Positions 47,245-57,298 of a stretch of 64,000 nt of DNA are shown here, in pieces. This stretch comes from Candidatus Sumerlaea chitinivorans. GTDB taxonomy: Bacteria > Sumerlaeota > Sumerlaeia > Sumerlaeales > Sumerlaeaceae. Below the pieces are notes generated by a model, which worked only from the letters and a program-made list of their open reading frames with translations, was not told where the DNA came from and did not search any database. Within the stretch, counting starts at the first letter, position 1; the number at the start of each line of letters is the position of its first letter. The stretch is taken from NCBI GenBank assembly GCA_003290465.1, contig CP030759.1:2180572-2244571 (forward strand), given 5' to 3'. The translations under genes were made by a program, and so were the position numbers.

Positions 47245-49038
47245 ATGACTGCCGAGGCAAATGCAACCGTGACGATCCACGCAGTGGAGCGGGCGCCCTC
47301 GCCCCCCCTTCCCAAGTGGCACTTCGCATTTGTCGCCGCAGTTGCGTTTGTGCTCTATTTGCCTTCCCTCCGGTTCTCGTTCGTTTGGGATGATACCTTC
47401 TTCATTGTCCGCAATCCTGCGGTGCAATCCCCGCGTTATCTTTGGGCCTATTTTACGGACGCCACAACCTATGCGTGGGCCACGACTCCGGGGCTTTATC
47501 GGCCGCTGCGCAATATCAGTTTCCTCCTCGATTACGTGCTCGTCGGGCTCCGCCCCGCATGGTGGCATCTGCACAACGTGCTTCTCCACACTTTGAACGC
47601 CGTGCTTGTGCTGTGGGTTGTGAATCGGGTTGTTGCACTTCGCCCCTCGCCAGCCTCCCGGGCAGCGGCTCTCGTTGCCACCCTACTGTGGGTCTGCCAT
47701 CCAGTGCACACCGAAGCGGTCGCGTGGGTGAAGAGCCGCGACGAAATGCTCTTCACCGCGTTTTATCTCGCTGCCTTCGGTCTCGCGTGGCAGGCCTACT
47801 TCTGGCGACAGTTTCGCGCGCGTACATGCATCCTCGTTCTGCTTCTTTTCGCTGGGGCCCTTTTGAGTAAAGAAATGGCGGCAAGCCTCCCCATCGTGCT
47901 GAGTATGGGCCTGTGGCTGCTGACGCCTCGGGACGCACGCCGCCTCCGCCTGCCGAGCGCAGTCCTTTTGCTTGCGGGGCAGCTTGCCTTACTGCTCGCT
48001 TTCGTGTACGTTCGTCATCGCGTACTGGGGCAAACTGCCCAGTGCCCCCGCCTCTCGGGGAGCTTGCTCGGCGACATGTTGACCATGGTGCGTGCGGCGG
48101 CTCGCTACGTGACATTGTCCGTCGCTCCCATCCGCCAGCTTGCCGACTACCAAGCGTTTGGCGTCACGCGCTCACTTGCCGAGCCACGTTGGTGGGTGGC
48201 GGTGGCAATCCTTGCTGCATCCGTAGGCGCTTGGATTGCGATCGCTCGCAGAGATCCGCGCGCCAGCTTCGGGATGGCTTGGTTCTGGATCGCTCTCTTG
48301 CCCGTGTCGAACATCATTCCAACCATGCAATTCCTCGCGGAACGCTTTTTGTACTTGCCGCTGGTCGGCCTCGCGGTCACCGTCGCAGCCCTTCTTGATC
48401 AAGCTTGGTACGCCGCTGCCCAGAGTGCGTCCCCGCAAAAGGCAAAACAGGTTGCCATCGTGGCGGCCACGTGGCTGACCCTCTTTGTCTCGCTTACAAG
48501 CGTGCGGGTGCACGTTTGGCGCGACGAAACCATCCTCTTCGCCACCACCTACCTCGATTCTCCTCCTTGCGCACGCATTGCCCAGAATCTCGCCGTTGCG
48601 CTTACGAACCGTGGGCAACCCGAAGCCGCCATCCAGATTCTTGAGGAGGTGTTGGCAGACCGGCAAGGTGTGTACAAAGATATGAATGCCGTCGTGCTCG
48701 AGTGCACCCTTGCCCAAGCGTTGGTACTGAGCGGCCGCCCCGCCGAGGCGCTCGTGCACGCCGATCGCGCCCTTGCCCTCAATCTCCAATATGAGGAGGC
48801 GTGGCAAATTAAAGGCCTTGCCTACGGGCGCATGGGCGACCATGAGCGCGCACTTGCGTGTTTTGTCCAAGCGCTCCGCACGAACCCCGCCGCGGCCGAA
48901 AAAGCCCGACAGAACATTCGCACCGCCCTCCGCTATCTCGGCCGGTTCGAGGATTTGAAGGCATTCGAGCGCGGGCAAATCCCGCTCGAAAAACTGGCGC
49001 CACCCCTTCCCCCTCCTTCCTCCAGCAAGCGCCCATAA
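47245..49038 (+). CDS. TMTC-like (DUF1736) GT-C membrane protein with C-terminal TPR array
   Basis: FSFVWDDTFFI (the F-x-WDD hallmark), ~10 TM helices, then ~200 aa of TPR repeats. Confidence 0.7.
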   Translation: MTAEANATVTIHAVERAPSPPLPKWHFAFVAAVAFVLYLPSLRFSFVWDDTFFIVRNPAVQSPRYLWAYFTDATTYAWATTPGLYRPLRNISFLLDYVLVGLRPAWWHLHNVLLHTLNAVLVLWVVNRVVALRPSPASRAAALVATLLWVCHPVHTEAVAWVKSRDEMLFTAFYLAAFGLAWQAYFWRQFRARTCILVLLLFAGALLSKEMAASLPIVLSMGLWLLTPRDARRLRLPSAVLLLAGQLALLLAFVYVRHRVLGQTAQCPRLSGSLLGDMLTMVRAAARYVTLSVAPIRQLADYQAFGVTRSLAEPRWWVAVAILAASVGAWIAIARRDPRASFGMAWFWIALLPVSNIIPTMQFLAERFLYLPLVGLAVTVAALLDQAWYAAAQSASPQKAKQVAIVAATWLTLFVSLTSVRVHVWRDETILFATTYLDSPPCARIAQNLAVALTNRGQPEAAIQILEEVLADRQGVYKDMNAVVLECTLAQALVLSGRPAEALVHADRALALNLQYEEAWQIKGLAYGRMGDHERALACFVQALRTNPAAAEKARQNIRTALRYLGRFEDLKAFERGQIPLEKLAPPLPPPSSSKRP

Positions 49039-49092
49039 GTGAGCTCTCCCAACCGCATAGCTGCACCTCTCAATTGTCCCGCGCGATTCGAG

Positions 49093-50862
49093 CTACTCCA
49101 GCATCCCCTGCACCAAAATCTTACCCGCCTCCTCAGGTGGCATGGGCCGCCCATAGTAATAGCCCTGCGCCAGTTCGCAACCAATCGTCCGCAGAAACTC
49201 CGCCTGAGACTCATGCTCCACCCCCTCCGCAATCACGCATAGCTGCAACCCTTGCCCAAGCTGCGTCATCACTCTCACCACATTTTCCGCTCTGGTGTCT
49301 CCGGGAACGTTGCGAAGGAATGAAAGATCTATCTTGAGCACATGGATGGGCAAATGGAGGAGGTAACCCATGGCCGAGTACCCCTTACCGAAGTCATCGA
49401 GGCACGTGCTCAATCCCATACGGTTGAGCTCTGTAAGCACCTCTTTGGCTTTCTCCGCATAGCGCAGGAAGACACTTTCCGTCAGCTCGATCCTCAAGCG
49501 GTGGGCTTGCACCCCCGTGCGGGCCAGAATGTCGCGCAGGGCCTTGAGAAATTCCCCATTTGCGAAATGCTCCACCGAGAAATTGACACTGACCCACCAT
49601 GGGCGCTGCGCCAGCGTCGTGGTGCTACTCTCCCATTCGCGAACTTGCCTGCACACCCGTTCGAACACCCATAAATCCAGTTCACACACAAGCCCAGCCT
49701 CTTCTGCCACGGGAATGAACTCGCTTGGCGAGATCATTCCGCGCACGGGATGCGGCCAGCGCACCAGCGCTTCCAGTCCCACCACGGCCCGCGTCCTGTT
49801 TTCCACCACCGGTTGATAATAAACGGCCAATTGGCCCACTTCCAAGGCGCGACGCAGATCATTCTCCAGGGCGAGCGTCCGGAGTGCTTCTTCATGCATC
49901 GTGGGGACAAAGAATGAGTACTTGCCCCGAGTGGAACGTTTCGCGGTCGCCAAGGCGGCCTCAGCATCGCGCAAAACCTGGGCACTTGAAGTGATGGGAT
50001 CTTGGATCACGACGACACCCATCGAAGCCGTGAGATGCAGCAAGTTACTTCCGTAGGGCTGGTTTAGGGCGGCATTGAGCCGGTCCGCCATACGCGTGAT
50101 ATCTGCAAGACTGTCGAAGCCCTCAGCCAAAACCGCAAACTCGTCACTTCCTAAACGAGCTACGGTGTCCTCGGGGCGCAGAAGCGCCGAAAGCCGTGCT
50201 CCCACCTCGCGAAGAATTACATCTCCTTCGTCGTGGCCAATTGCCTCATTCAAGATCTTGAATCGGTCGAGGTCCACATAGAAAACGGCTGCAAGAGTTT
50301 GCGGATGACGTGCACGGCGGTAAATCGCTTGCGTCAGACGATCGCGAAACAGCACACGGTTCGGAAGGCCTGTCACAGCATCCGTGGTCGCCTGTAACGC
50401 GATCTGTTCCTGCATTGCGCGCTCGTTGGTGATGTCCCGGACGACCGCGATCACGCCCTGAAATTCCTCGTCGACAAACCACGGGGATAGTCGGACAGAA
50501 AACCACCGCCGCCCCTCCTTCTTCATAAGGGGATAGCTGTATTCCACGATCTCTCCCTGCCGGACTTTCTCAAACGCTGGCTGGAAGAGCGCATCGAGCT
50601 CTGGCCCCATCACTTCCCCATGCCGCTTGCCAAGGAATGTGGACGGGGGATACAGGAGCGGTACCAACGTACTATGGTAGGAGACAAAACGCTGATCACG
50701 GTCGAGCACAAACACCAAGTCCGGAGATGCCTGAAGAAGGGCATGAAGCTTGGCTTCGCACTGCGCAAGTGCGGCACGCAATTTTTCAAATTCTTCTCGG
50801 AAAGGTCCCTTCCCCCATTCGGTTTCATTACTCGCCGGAGAGTTCTTGTAATTTTGCATCAT
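49093..50862 (-). CDS. PAS-GGDEF-EAL signalling protein (diguanylate cyclase/phosphodiesterase)
   Basis: The GGDEF motif is modified to GSDEF, suggesting a degenerate cyclase. EAL motif ELTE...KIDLSF...DDFGKGYS. Start chosen at the internal MMQNYK, which has an AAGGA-type RBS; the ORF track gives 50961. Confidence 0.8.
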   Translation of the reverse strand: MMQNYKNSPASNETEWGKGPFREEFEKLRAALAQCEAKLHALLQASPDLVFVLDRDQRFVSYHSTLVPLLYPPSTFLGKRHGEVMGPELDALFQPAFEKVRQGEIVEYSYPLMKKEGRRWFSVRLSPWFVDEEFQGVIAVVRDITNERAMQEQIALQATTDAVTGLPNRVLFRDRLTQAIYRRARHPQTLAAVFYVDLDRFKILNEAIGHDEGDVILREVGARLSALLRPEDTVARLGSDEFAVLAEGFDSLADITRMADRLNAALNQPYGSNLLHLTASMGVVVIQDPITSSAQVLRDAEAALATAKRSTRGKYSFFVPTMHEEALRTLALENDLRRALEVGQLAVYYQPVVENRTRAVVGLEALVRWPHPVRGMISPSEFIPVAEEAGLVCELDLWVFERVCRQVREWESSTTTLAQRPWWVSVNFSVEHFANGEFLKALRDILARTGVQAHRLRIELTESVFLRYAEKAKEVLTELNRMGLSTCLDDFGKGYSAMGYLLHLPIHVLKIDLSFLRNVPGDTRAENVVRVMTQLGQGLQLCVIAEGVEHESQAEFLRTIGCELAQGYYYGRPMPPEEAGKILVQGMLE

Positions 50863-51228
50863 GTCCTTTTTTTCGTCCTTTCTATTTATCCGCTGTTTGG
50901 CGACACACAAGCTCACCCCCTCTTTCTCCAGCGCCGCTGAAGGCAATTCGGAAACCCGCAAGACCTTATACGTGAGCCGATCAGTTACTTGCCAATGATT
51001 GAAATATCAAGAGTAAAACATCAGGAAATGCACCAATCGTTTTTCGTCAGAACGTAGCAGTCCATTGCTTCGGGAGGCCGCAGGACTCGCAGCTCTTCCA
51101 GAACAGCACCGTTGTCCCTTGGTCGCTTAAGGGGAGAATGATGGGCCAAACGCAACGGGCTTTCCCAGAGTGAACAATGCGGCTATATTCGCCAAATTGT
51201 AAAAATCATCCGTCGAGAACGGCAAAAT

Positions 51229-51250
51229 TTGTGTCTCTTTTCACAAATAT
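51229..51250. promoter_or_regulatory. 22-bp palindrome ATTTGTG-N8-CACAAAT with CRP-class geometry (TGTG-N8-CACA)
   Basis: Read directly from the sequence, inside a 450-bp AT-rich divergent region, ~160 bp upstream of fba. Confidence 0.4.
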
Positions 51251-51408
51251 AGAAAGATTTTCCCGTTTTGGATCGATTGACTTGCGTCGTGCAATACAGC
51301 TGCGAATAAATTCGCCGCTGCAAACGTCTGTTATCGTAAAGGCTTGACACACCGTTGTCGTCGCCCGTGACTGCGCCTTGAAAATTTGAATTAGAAAGGA
51401 TTTGAAAT

Positions 51409-52440
51409 ATGCCTCTCGTCCCAATGCGCGTATTGCTCGACCACGCGGCCGAAAATGGTTACGGCGTCGCAGCGCTCAACGTCAACAATATGGAGCAGAT
51501 CCAGGCCATCATGGCTGCTGCGGTCGAAACGAACTCCCCCGTCATCATTCAGGCCTCGCGTGGCGCCCGTTCCTATAGTCAGGACGCCTACCTGCGGCAC
51601 CTCATTTTGGCCGCGGCCGAGCTTCATCCCAACATTCCGATCGCTATGCACCTCGACCACGGCAATGCCCCCGAAACTTGCTACAGCGCGATCGCCCAAG
51701 GGTTTACCTCAGTCATGATGGACGGGTCGCTGATGGCCGACGGCAAGACGCCCTCGGATTACGAATATAACGTTCGTGTGACCCGCGAGGTCGTCCAAGT
51801 CGCCCACGCTCTCGGCGTGAGCGTCGAAGGCGAAATCGGCGCTCTCGGTGGCATTGAGGACGGCCACGGCGCCGGTCTGAGCGAAGAGGAAGCCAAGAAG
51901 CACCTCACCGATCCCGCGCAAGCTGAGCAATTCGTCGCGGAAACCGGCGTGGATGCGCTCGCCGTCGCGATCGGCACGAGCCACGGCGCTTACAAGTTCT
52001 CCAAGCCCCCCACAGGCGACGTGCTGAAAATGGACCTCATCGAGGAAATCCATCGCCGTTTGCCCAACACCCACCTCGTGATGCATGGCTCCTCGAGCGT
52101 GCCGCAGGAGTTGGTCGAGATCGTCAACAAATACGGCGGCAAGCTGAAACCCGCGTTCGGTGTTCCGATTGAGCAAATCCAGCGCGGCATCAAGCACGGC
52201 GTGCGCAAGATCAACGTCGACACCGACAACCGCCTCGCCATCACCGGCGCCATCCGCAAGGTCTTCGCGGAGCAGCCTGAGAAGTTCGATCCGCGCGACT
52301 ACCTGAAGCCCGCGCGCGAAGCCATGAAGGAAGTCTGCAAAGAGCGCATGATCGCGTTCGGTCAGGCAGGCCATGCAGATAAAGTCCGCGTTATCTCCTG
52401 CCGCGAGATGATTTCCTTCTATATCTCGCAGAAGAAGTAG
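51409..52440 (+). CDS. fba: Class II fructose-1,6-bisphosphate aldolase
   Basis: NVNNMEQ, the MHLDHG zinc-ligand region, and [18 protein letters not shown]. Confidence 0.92.
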   Translation: MPLVPMRVLLDHAAENGYGVAALNVNNMEQIQAIMAAAVETNSPVIIQASRGARSYSQDAYLRHLILAAAELHPNIPIAMHLDHGNAPETCYSAIAQGFTSVMMDGSLMADGKTPSDYEYNVRVTREVVQVAHALGVSVEGEIGALGGIEDGHGAGLSEEEAKKHLTDPAQAEQFVAETGVDALAVAIGTSHGAYKFSKPPTGDVLKMDLIEEIHRRLPNTHLVMHGSSSVPQELVEIVNKYGGKLKPAFGVPIEQIQRGIKHGVRKINVDTDNRLAITGAIRKVFAEQPEKFDPRDYLKPAREAMKEVCKERMIAFGQAGHADKVRVISCREMISFYISQKK

Positions 52441-52503
52441 CGCACGAATTGCGAGTGGTGCGGCGCCGCTGCGCGCCAGCGGAACTGCACGATCAAAGCT
52501 TTA

Positions 52504-52546
52504 GGGCGAGCGGCTCAAGCCGAGCTGCTCGCCCCTTCTTTATTTC
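52504..52546. terminator. Rho-independent terminator after fba, plausibly bidirectional with the convergent SurA-like gene
   Basis: GGGCGAGC-N-GCTCGCCCC stem followed by TTCTTTATTTCG. Confidence 0.6.
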
Positions 52547-52634
52547 GCGCCCAAGCCACGCGAGCCGTCTTTTTCGCGACAGGGCCTCGTCCCCACAGCC
52601 TCCCGCAAGCGCAACCCTCACCGTGCGTCTTCGG

Positions 52635-54632
52635 TCAGAACTTAAGTTCGACGCGCTTCTCCTTGAAGAGCTCGTCGCGCTCGAGGTCGCGCCCTTTGCG
52701 CGTCTGCTCCAGCTCGTACATCCGGCGCACCTTAGGCAGCGCTTCTTCAAAGGAGACGACCGGCGCAGGGATCTTCTCCTCGAGCATGATAATCATGACC
52801 TCGGAACCATAGAGGAAAGGTTCGGAAATCTGCCCCACCTTGAGCTTTGCGATTTCGTTGCGGAACGCGTCACCCCGGAATGATGTGGGCACCACTCCAA
52901 TGAGCCCACCGCGCGAGCGCGTGGCAATGGCGTCGCTTTCTCTGCGCGCGTACTCCTCGAAATCCTGCACGGTGCGAATCTTCGATCGAATGTCGTTGAG
53001 CTGCTTCTTCGCGCTTTCGATCGCAGCCTGGCGCTCCGCGTCCGGCAGAAGCAGATTCACGCGCTTCGTGATTTCACGGAGCTTCACTTTCTCAGCCCCA
53101 GTGAACTTGTCCAAGTGCTGTTCGTACCACGCGCGAAGCTCCTCGTCGGTTGGCGGCTTCCGACTTTGCTCGCGACGCCGTAGCCATTCCGTCGTCACTT
53201 CGATGATTTTCTTCGACTCCATTTCGGAGCGATACACAGGATCTTTCTCTAAACCGAGGGCCTTCGATTCGCGCTTGACCAGCTCCATGACGATTTTCGG
53301 CGAGCTCCTTAGGAATTTCAGTCGTTCGTCGTAATTCATCCCACGCCACGATTTCTGGTAGGGCAGCACCTCACGCTGGAAATCGTCGTACGTATAGCGA
53401 AAATCCCCAATCCGCGCGAGCCATGTGGACGCCGTCAGAGGATCCGTGCCCCCCGGATCATCGCGACGCAGCGCCTCCGTGTTCATTTCCAGTTTGTACT
53501 TCGAGCTTAACCGGTCGAAAAGATTGCGACGGGCTGTATCTTCAATCCGGCGTTGGTCCTCGGCACTAAGTTCAATTTTGTTCCGTACCTGTTCAAAGCT
53601 CAACGTCTGCGTTTCCGTACGGTCCATAATCTTCAGAATGTGAAAGCCATGGGGTGACCGCACCACTTCGGTTATGGACGTCCCACGCGCTTGCTCGACA
53701 GCACGCTGGACCTCACTCATCATGTCGGATTCGAGTTTGAAGACTTCCTTACGCCGGCTCGCCGGGGCGTCGCTGTGTTTCTCGGCAAGTTCCAGAAAAT
53801 CCGCCCCAGCAATCGCCTCCGCACGAAGTTTCTTCGCGAGCGCCTCTTTCGACGTCAGCTCATCCTTCTTGAGGGGCACGAGAAGTTTTTCACCCGCTTG
53901 CACCTCACGGTAATCCACTTCCCCCGTCTCAACCCCCGGCGAGCGACGATAAAAGTGAAATGGATCTTCCCTCAGGATACGGCGCACCGCTTGCGGATCG
54001 CCCGCCTCGCGCTTTGCAATCTCCGCGAGCGTTTCGCCAGACTTCACTTCGTAACTTTTGTAAGCCGACAGATAAATTTCCGCCAGTTTTGTGACCCCCG
54101 GCACCGTGTACTTCGTGGCCTTCTCCTGCTCGTAAAGTTCGCGCATCCGCTCCTCACGCGCCTTTTCGAGCTCCTTGGCGAAGACGCGCTCGTAGTACAG
54201 GCGGTTGAAGACCTCTCCTTCGTACTCCGCAAGTTTCTCCCGGATCGTACTCGTGTTCTCGTCAATGCCTTCGGTCTTGGCTTTTTCATAGAGGAAGCGT
54301 TCGTAGAGAAAATCCTTCACTACCTCGCGGAGGACCGCATCCGAGGCGTTTAGGATCACTGCCGGCGAAAACTGCGCCAACGCGCGTGGCTTGCGAAGTT
54401 GGAGCGTTGCCGACAATTCCTCTTTCGTGAACTGCCCCCCATCGTAGGTTGCGAGCACCTCCGGCAGCCTTGCCAAGCGTTTTGCAAGGGCTCCTTCCAT
54501 GGATTCCGACGGCGTCGTGCCGCCATCCTTCGCAACGGTTCCGGTTGTCTCCTCAGCCCAGCCGGACCCTGTGCTCAGCGTCAGCAACGTCACCGCGATG
54601 AGGCTCACCAATTGCCGTACCAGTTGTTTCAT
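52635..54632 (-). CDS. SurA/PpiD-like periplasmic chaperone with parvulin PPIase domain(s) and a LysM-like segment
   Basis: Signal peptide present. SPHGFHILKI is the parvulin signature. The LysM-like stretch is YEVKSGETLAEIAKREAGDPQAVRRIL...GEKLLVP. Confidence 0.75.
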   Translation of the reverse strand: MKQLVRQLVSLIAVTLLTLSTGSGWAEETTGTVAKDGGTTPSESMEGALAKRLARLPEVLATYDGGQFTKEELSATLQLRKPRALAQFSPAVILNASDAVLREVVKDFLYERFLYEKAKTEGIDENTSTIREKLAEYEGEVFNRLYYERVFAKELEKAREERMRELYEQEKATKYTVPGVTKLAEIYLSAYKSYEVKSGETLAEIAKREAGDPQAVRRILREDPFHFYRRSPGVETGEVDYREVQAGEKLLVPLKKDELTSKEALAKKLRAEAIAGADFLELAEKHSDAPASRRKEVFKLESDMMSEVQRAVEQARGTSITEVVRSPHGFHILKIMDRTETQTLSFEQVRNKIELSAEDQRRIEDTARRNLFDRLSSKYKLEMNTEALRRDDPGGTDPLTASTWLARIGDFRYTYDDFQREVLPYQKSWRGMNYDERLKFLRSSPKIVMELVKRESKALGLEKDPVYRSEMESKKIIEVTTEWLRRREQSRKPPTDEELRAWYEQHLDKFTGAEKVKLREITKRVNLLLPDAERQAAIESAKKQLNDIRSKIRTVQDFEEYARRESDAIATRSRGGLIGVVPTSFRGDAFRNEIAKLKVGQISEPFLYGSEVMIIMLEEKIPAPVVSFEEALPKVRRMYELEQTRKGRDLERDELFKEKRVELKF

Positions 54633-54747
54633 ACCGCTTTCCTTCGTTGAGTTGCGTGGTCTTGCCGAAAGATGAAAAAGCGCAAGCTACACTCTGCTTT
54701 TTTCTCGAATGCAAATGAGCAAGCCGTGTGCCGAACGCCACATCTCT

Positions 54748-56415
54748 TCATGACATCGGTGCGCTCATGGCTGGATCGGAGCTCGTTTGAGCGCCGCTCG
54801 TCGTTTGATCGGTGGCTGCAGGCGCCACGGCAGGCCCGCTGGTTGCACTCTCGCCCTCTTGTGGCGTGGGCCCCGAAGGTGTCAGTGGCGGCACATATTG
54901 GCGGGCCAATTCGGCTGCTCGTTCTGGCGGAATTGGCTCAATTTCCATATTCCAATTCCATTGATCAAAGTACAAGTTCTTGCCGTCGGCCTCGACCTCC
55001 CCGCGCTGGAAGTCCACCGTTTCACTGCGGAAATCCTCCTTCGGGGGGTAGAGCGGCATGCCGAAATCGCAGTTCGTCGCAAGGCGGAAGTGGTCCATGC
55101 TCCCAAACATGAAGTCGCACAGTTCGCGAATTTCCGTCTCGCTCAAGACGTCCTGCGCATAATGCACAAGGTTCACCGCCATGTCGGGGTCTGCGGGCAA
55201 CCAGCCATAGGGCTCCACGTAGAATTCGCACCAGTCGTGCATATTATTGCCGCGCGCGTCAAAGCTCTCCCAGCCCGATTGCCAGCGCGCGGGAATCCCG
55301 TTCATCCTGCAGAGCGCGATAAATAGCATGCCGTGTTGGCCACAATCTCCAGCGCGACGCGACGCGACATAGTGCGAAATGTTATCCAGCGTCGAGTACT
55401 CGCGGGCGTACTGGTAGATCGTGTTCTGGGCAATCCAGTCGTAGATACGGCGTGCGATGAGATACGGGTTTGTCTCCCCGCCCACAATCTCCGAATTCAG
55501 TTTCCGCAGAAGCTCATTGGACAAATCGAGGTGTGGCTTGCGGTCCGCCGCATAGTACGCGTACTCTGGCCCATCCTTGCGGTAAGGCTGGACCTTTGCC
55601 GGGTCCACCTCGCTCGCCCGCGCCCAGCACCGATAGATAAAGCGGACCTGAAACCGCGTTGGCACGTCCTTCTCCGCCCGTTTCTCAAGATAAATTGTCC
55701 GGTGAGGATACTCTGGGGGGGCAACGAGGTAATCGGTTGGATCCGTGCCTAAGATATAGGCGTCGCTCTGGAAGGGGAACATTCGCACGTAGGGCATCCA
55801 GCAGCGCACCAACGCCCCTGCCGGCGCCGCGTTCGCTTTCACCGTCAGAGTGTAAGTGACCATGAAATCCTGCGGCAGGACAAGAAAGTCGCGCGTGAGC
55901 CGGTGCGCCTCTTTGACTCGGCGCGCGTGGTCATAAAGCTTACGGTACGTAAGATCGGGCTTGCGCGAGCGATCGCGTGCTCGAAGCTCGGGCACCCGCA
56001 GGAAGATGTTCGAGACACTCGAGTTCATGAACACCTTGCGACCGTCAATCACTTGGACATCAAAATGCCCGTCGCGCTCCAACCGCTCGAATTCTTCGCG
56101 GCTGAAATCTGGCACACGCTTGCGAATGCCCTCGAAAACCTCTTCCGCGCTACGCTTGTAATCGAGCCGAATGCGGCGCATGCGCTCGATTTCAAACTCA
56201 GCCGCCCGCCGTTCTTCCGCGCTTGCGGTCGCCGTAGTCTCGTCCAACCAGTGCCTCAGCAGGGAAGTCGCTTTCTCAAACTCCCCTCGCTGGCGCAATT
56301 CGATTGCCTCGGCAAGCACCGACCTCTCCTCTGCCCATGTCACGGCGACACCTCCTCCCGCCAGCAGTAATCCCATAAGTACCCCAGCAAGGATTTGTTT
56401 TCCCCGAACATCCAT
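54748..56415 (-). CDS. Secreted transglutaminase-like cysteine protease domain protein
   Basis: Signal peptide present. The core is RRAGDCGQHGMLFIALCRMNGIPARWQSGW (catalytic Cys). Confidence 0.7.
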   Translation of the reverse strand: MDVRGKQILAGVLMGLLLAGGGVAVTWAEERSVLAEAIELRQRGEFEKATSLLRHWLDETTATASAEERRAAEFEIERMRRIRLDYKRSAEEVFEGIRKRVPDFSREEFERLERDGHFDVQVIDGRKVFMNSSVSNIFLRVPELRARDRSRKPDLTYRKLYDHARRVKEAHRLTRDFLVLPQDFMVTYTLTVKANAAPAGALVRCWMPYVRMFPFQSDAYILGTDPTDYLVAPPEYPHRTIYLEKRAEKDVPTRFQVRFIYRCWARASEVDPAKVQPYRKDGPEYAYYAADRKPHLDLSNELLRKLNSEIVGGETNPYLIARRIYDWIAQNTIYQYAREYSTLDNISHYVASRRAGDCGQHGMLFIALCRMNGIPARWQSGWESFDARGNNMHDWCEFYVEPYGWLPADPDMAVNLVHYAQDVLSETEIRELCDFMFGSMDHFRLATNCDFGMPLYPPKEDFRSETVDFQRGEVEADGKNLYFDQWNWNMEIEPIPPERAAELARQYVPPLTPSGPTPQEGESATSGPAVAPAATDQTTSGAQTSSDPAMSAPMS

Positions 56416-56588
56416 TTTCGCCCATCCTTTCGCATCCCGCCATCACGCCGTGCACGCAAGCCTTCGCTTGCATCGTGCAGGCGTGACGCACTCGACCGTC
56501 ACGCCTTTGGATGTGCGCGACCCCACGCGGACATGCAAGCCCAAACCCAAGCGCCCCCCGCACCGCCGTGTCCGAATGGGTCTCCGGC

Positions 56589-57090
56589 TCACTCAATCTT
56601 GATGAGTTCAATGCCAAGCTGCTGCGCAACCTCGAACACTTTCTGCTCGCGGTAGAACTCCCCGTAGAACACTCGTCGGATTCCAGCGTTCGCGATCAGC
56701 TTGAAACATTCCCAGCATGGGCTGGCCGTGGTATAGATGTCTGCGCCTTCGATGCGCACGCCATGACGCGCGGCTTGAATGATGGCGTTTGCCTCAGCGT
56801 GGACGGTGCGCACGCAGTGGCCTCCCACCATGTCGTGCCCGACGTCGTCGCAATGGGGCAGTCCGCGAATGGAACCGTTGTAGCCCGTGGATAATATGTT
56901 CTTGTCACGCACGATCACCGCCCCCACGTGCTTGCGGTCGCACGTCGAGCGCGAAGCCACCACATGCGCAATGTTCATAAAATAGTGATGCCAGCCGACG
57001 CGCCCTTTGCCCTCGAGCTTACGCCCCGCTTCTTCGGCGCGGCGGTTTTCATCCTCCAAGAACTTCTGGACGTCCTGCGGATCGGTCATG
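56589..57090 (-). CDS. dCMP deaminase (ComEB-like)
   Basis: HAEANAI and PCWECF zinc motifs. Start at MTDPQD, with a GAAGGAAGGAG RBS 8 nt upstream; the ORF track extends to 57134. Confidence 0.85.
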
Positions 57091-57298
57091 CGCGCACTCC
57101 TTCCTTCAAGCTGTCCCGGCGTCGTCGCCGCCACAGCGCCCTTGCGCTGCGCACGTCATTTCGCCGCACACCAGTAGACCCATGGTTTGCTTTGTACGGC
57201 GCGTCGCCGGAATCATTGACCGCGAAGTTGCGCACAACATGAGCGCAAAAAGCAAGCGGATAGCACGGGTGTCCGCAGGCTTAGCGATCTGGGTAACG

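Noticed and set aside
47095-47589. 164-aa minus-strand ORF overlapping the start of the TMTC-like gene
   Set aside because: Its composition is G/R/P/C-rich with no RBS. It overlaps a gene with a clear F-WDD family signature in another frame.
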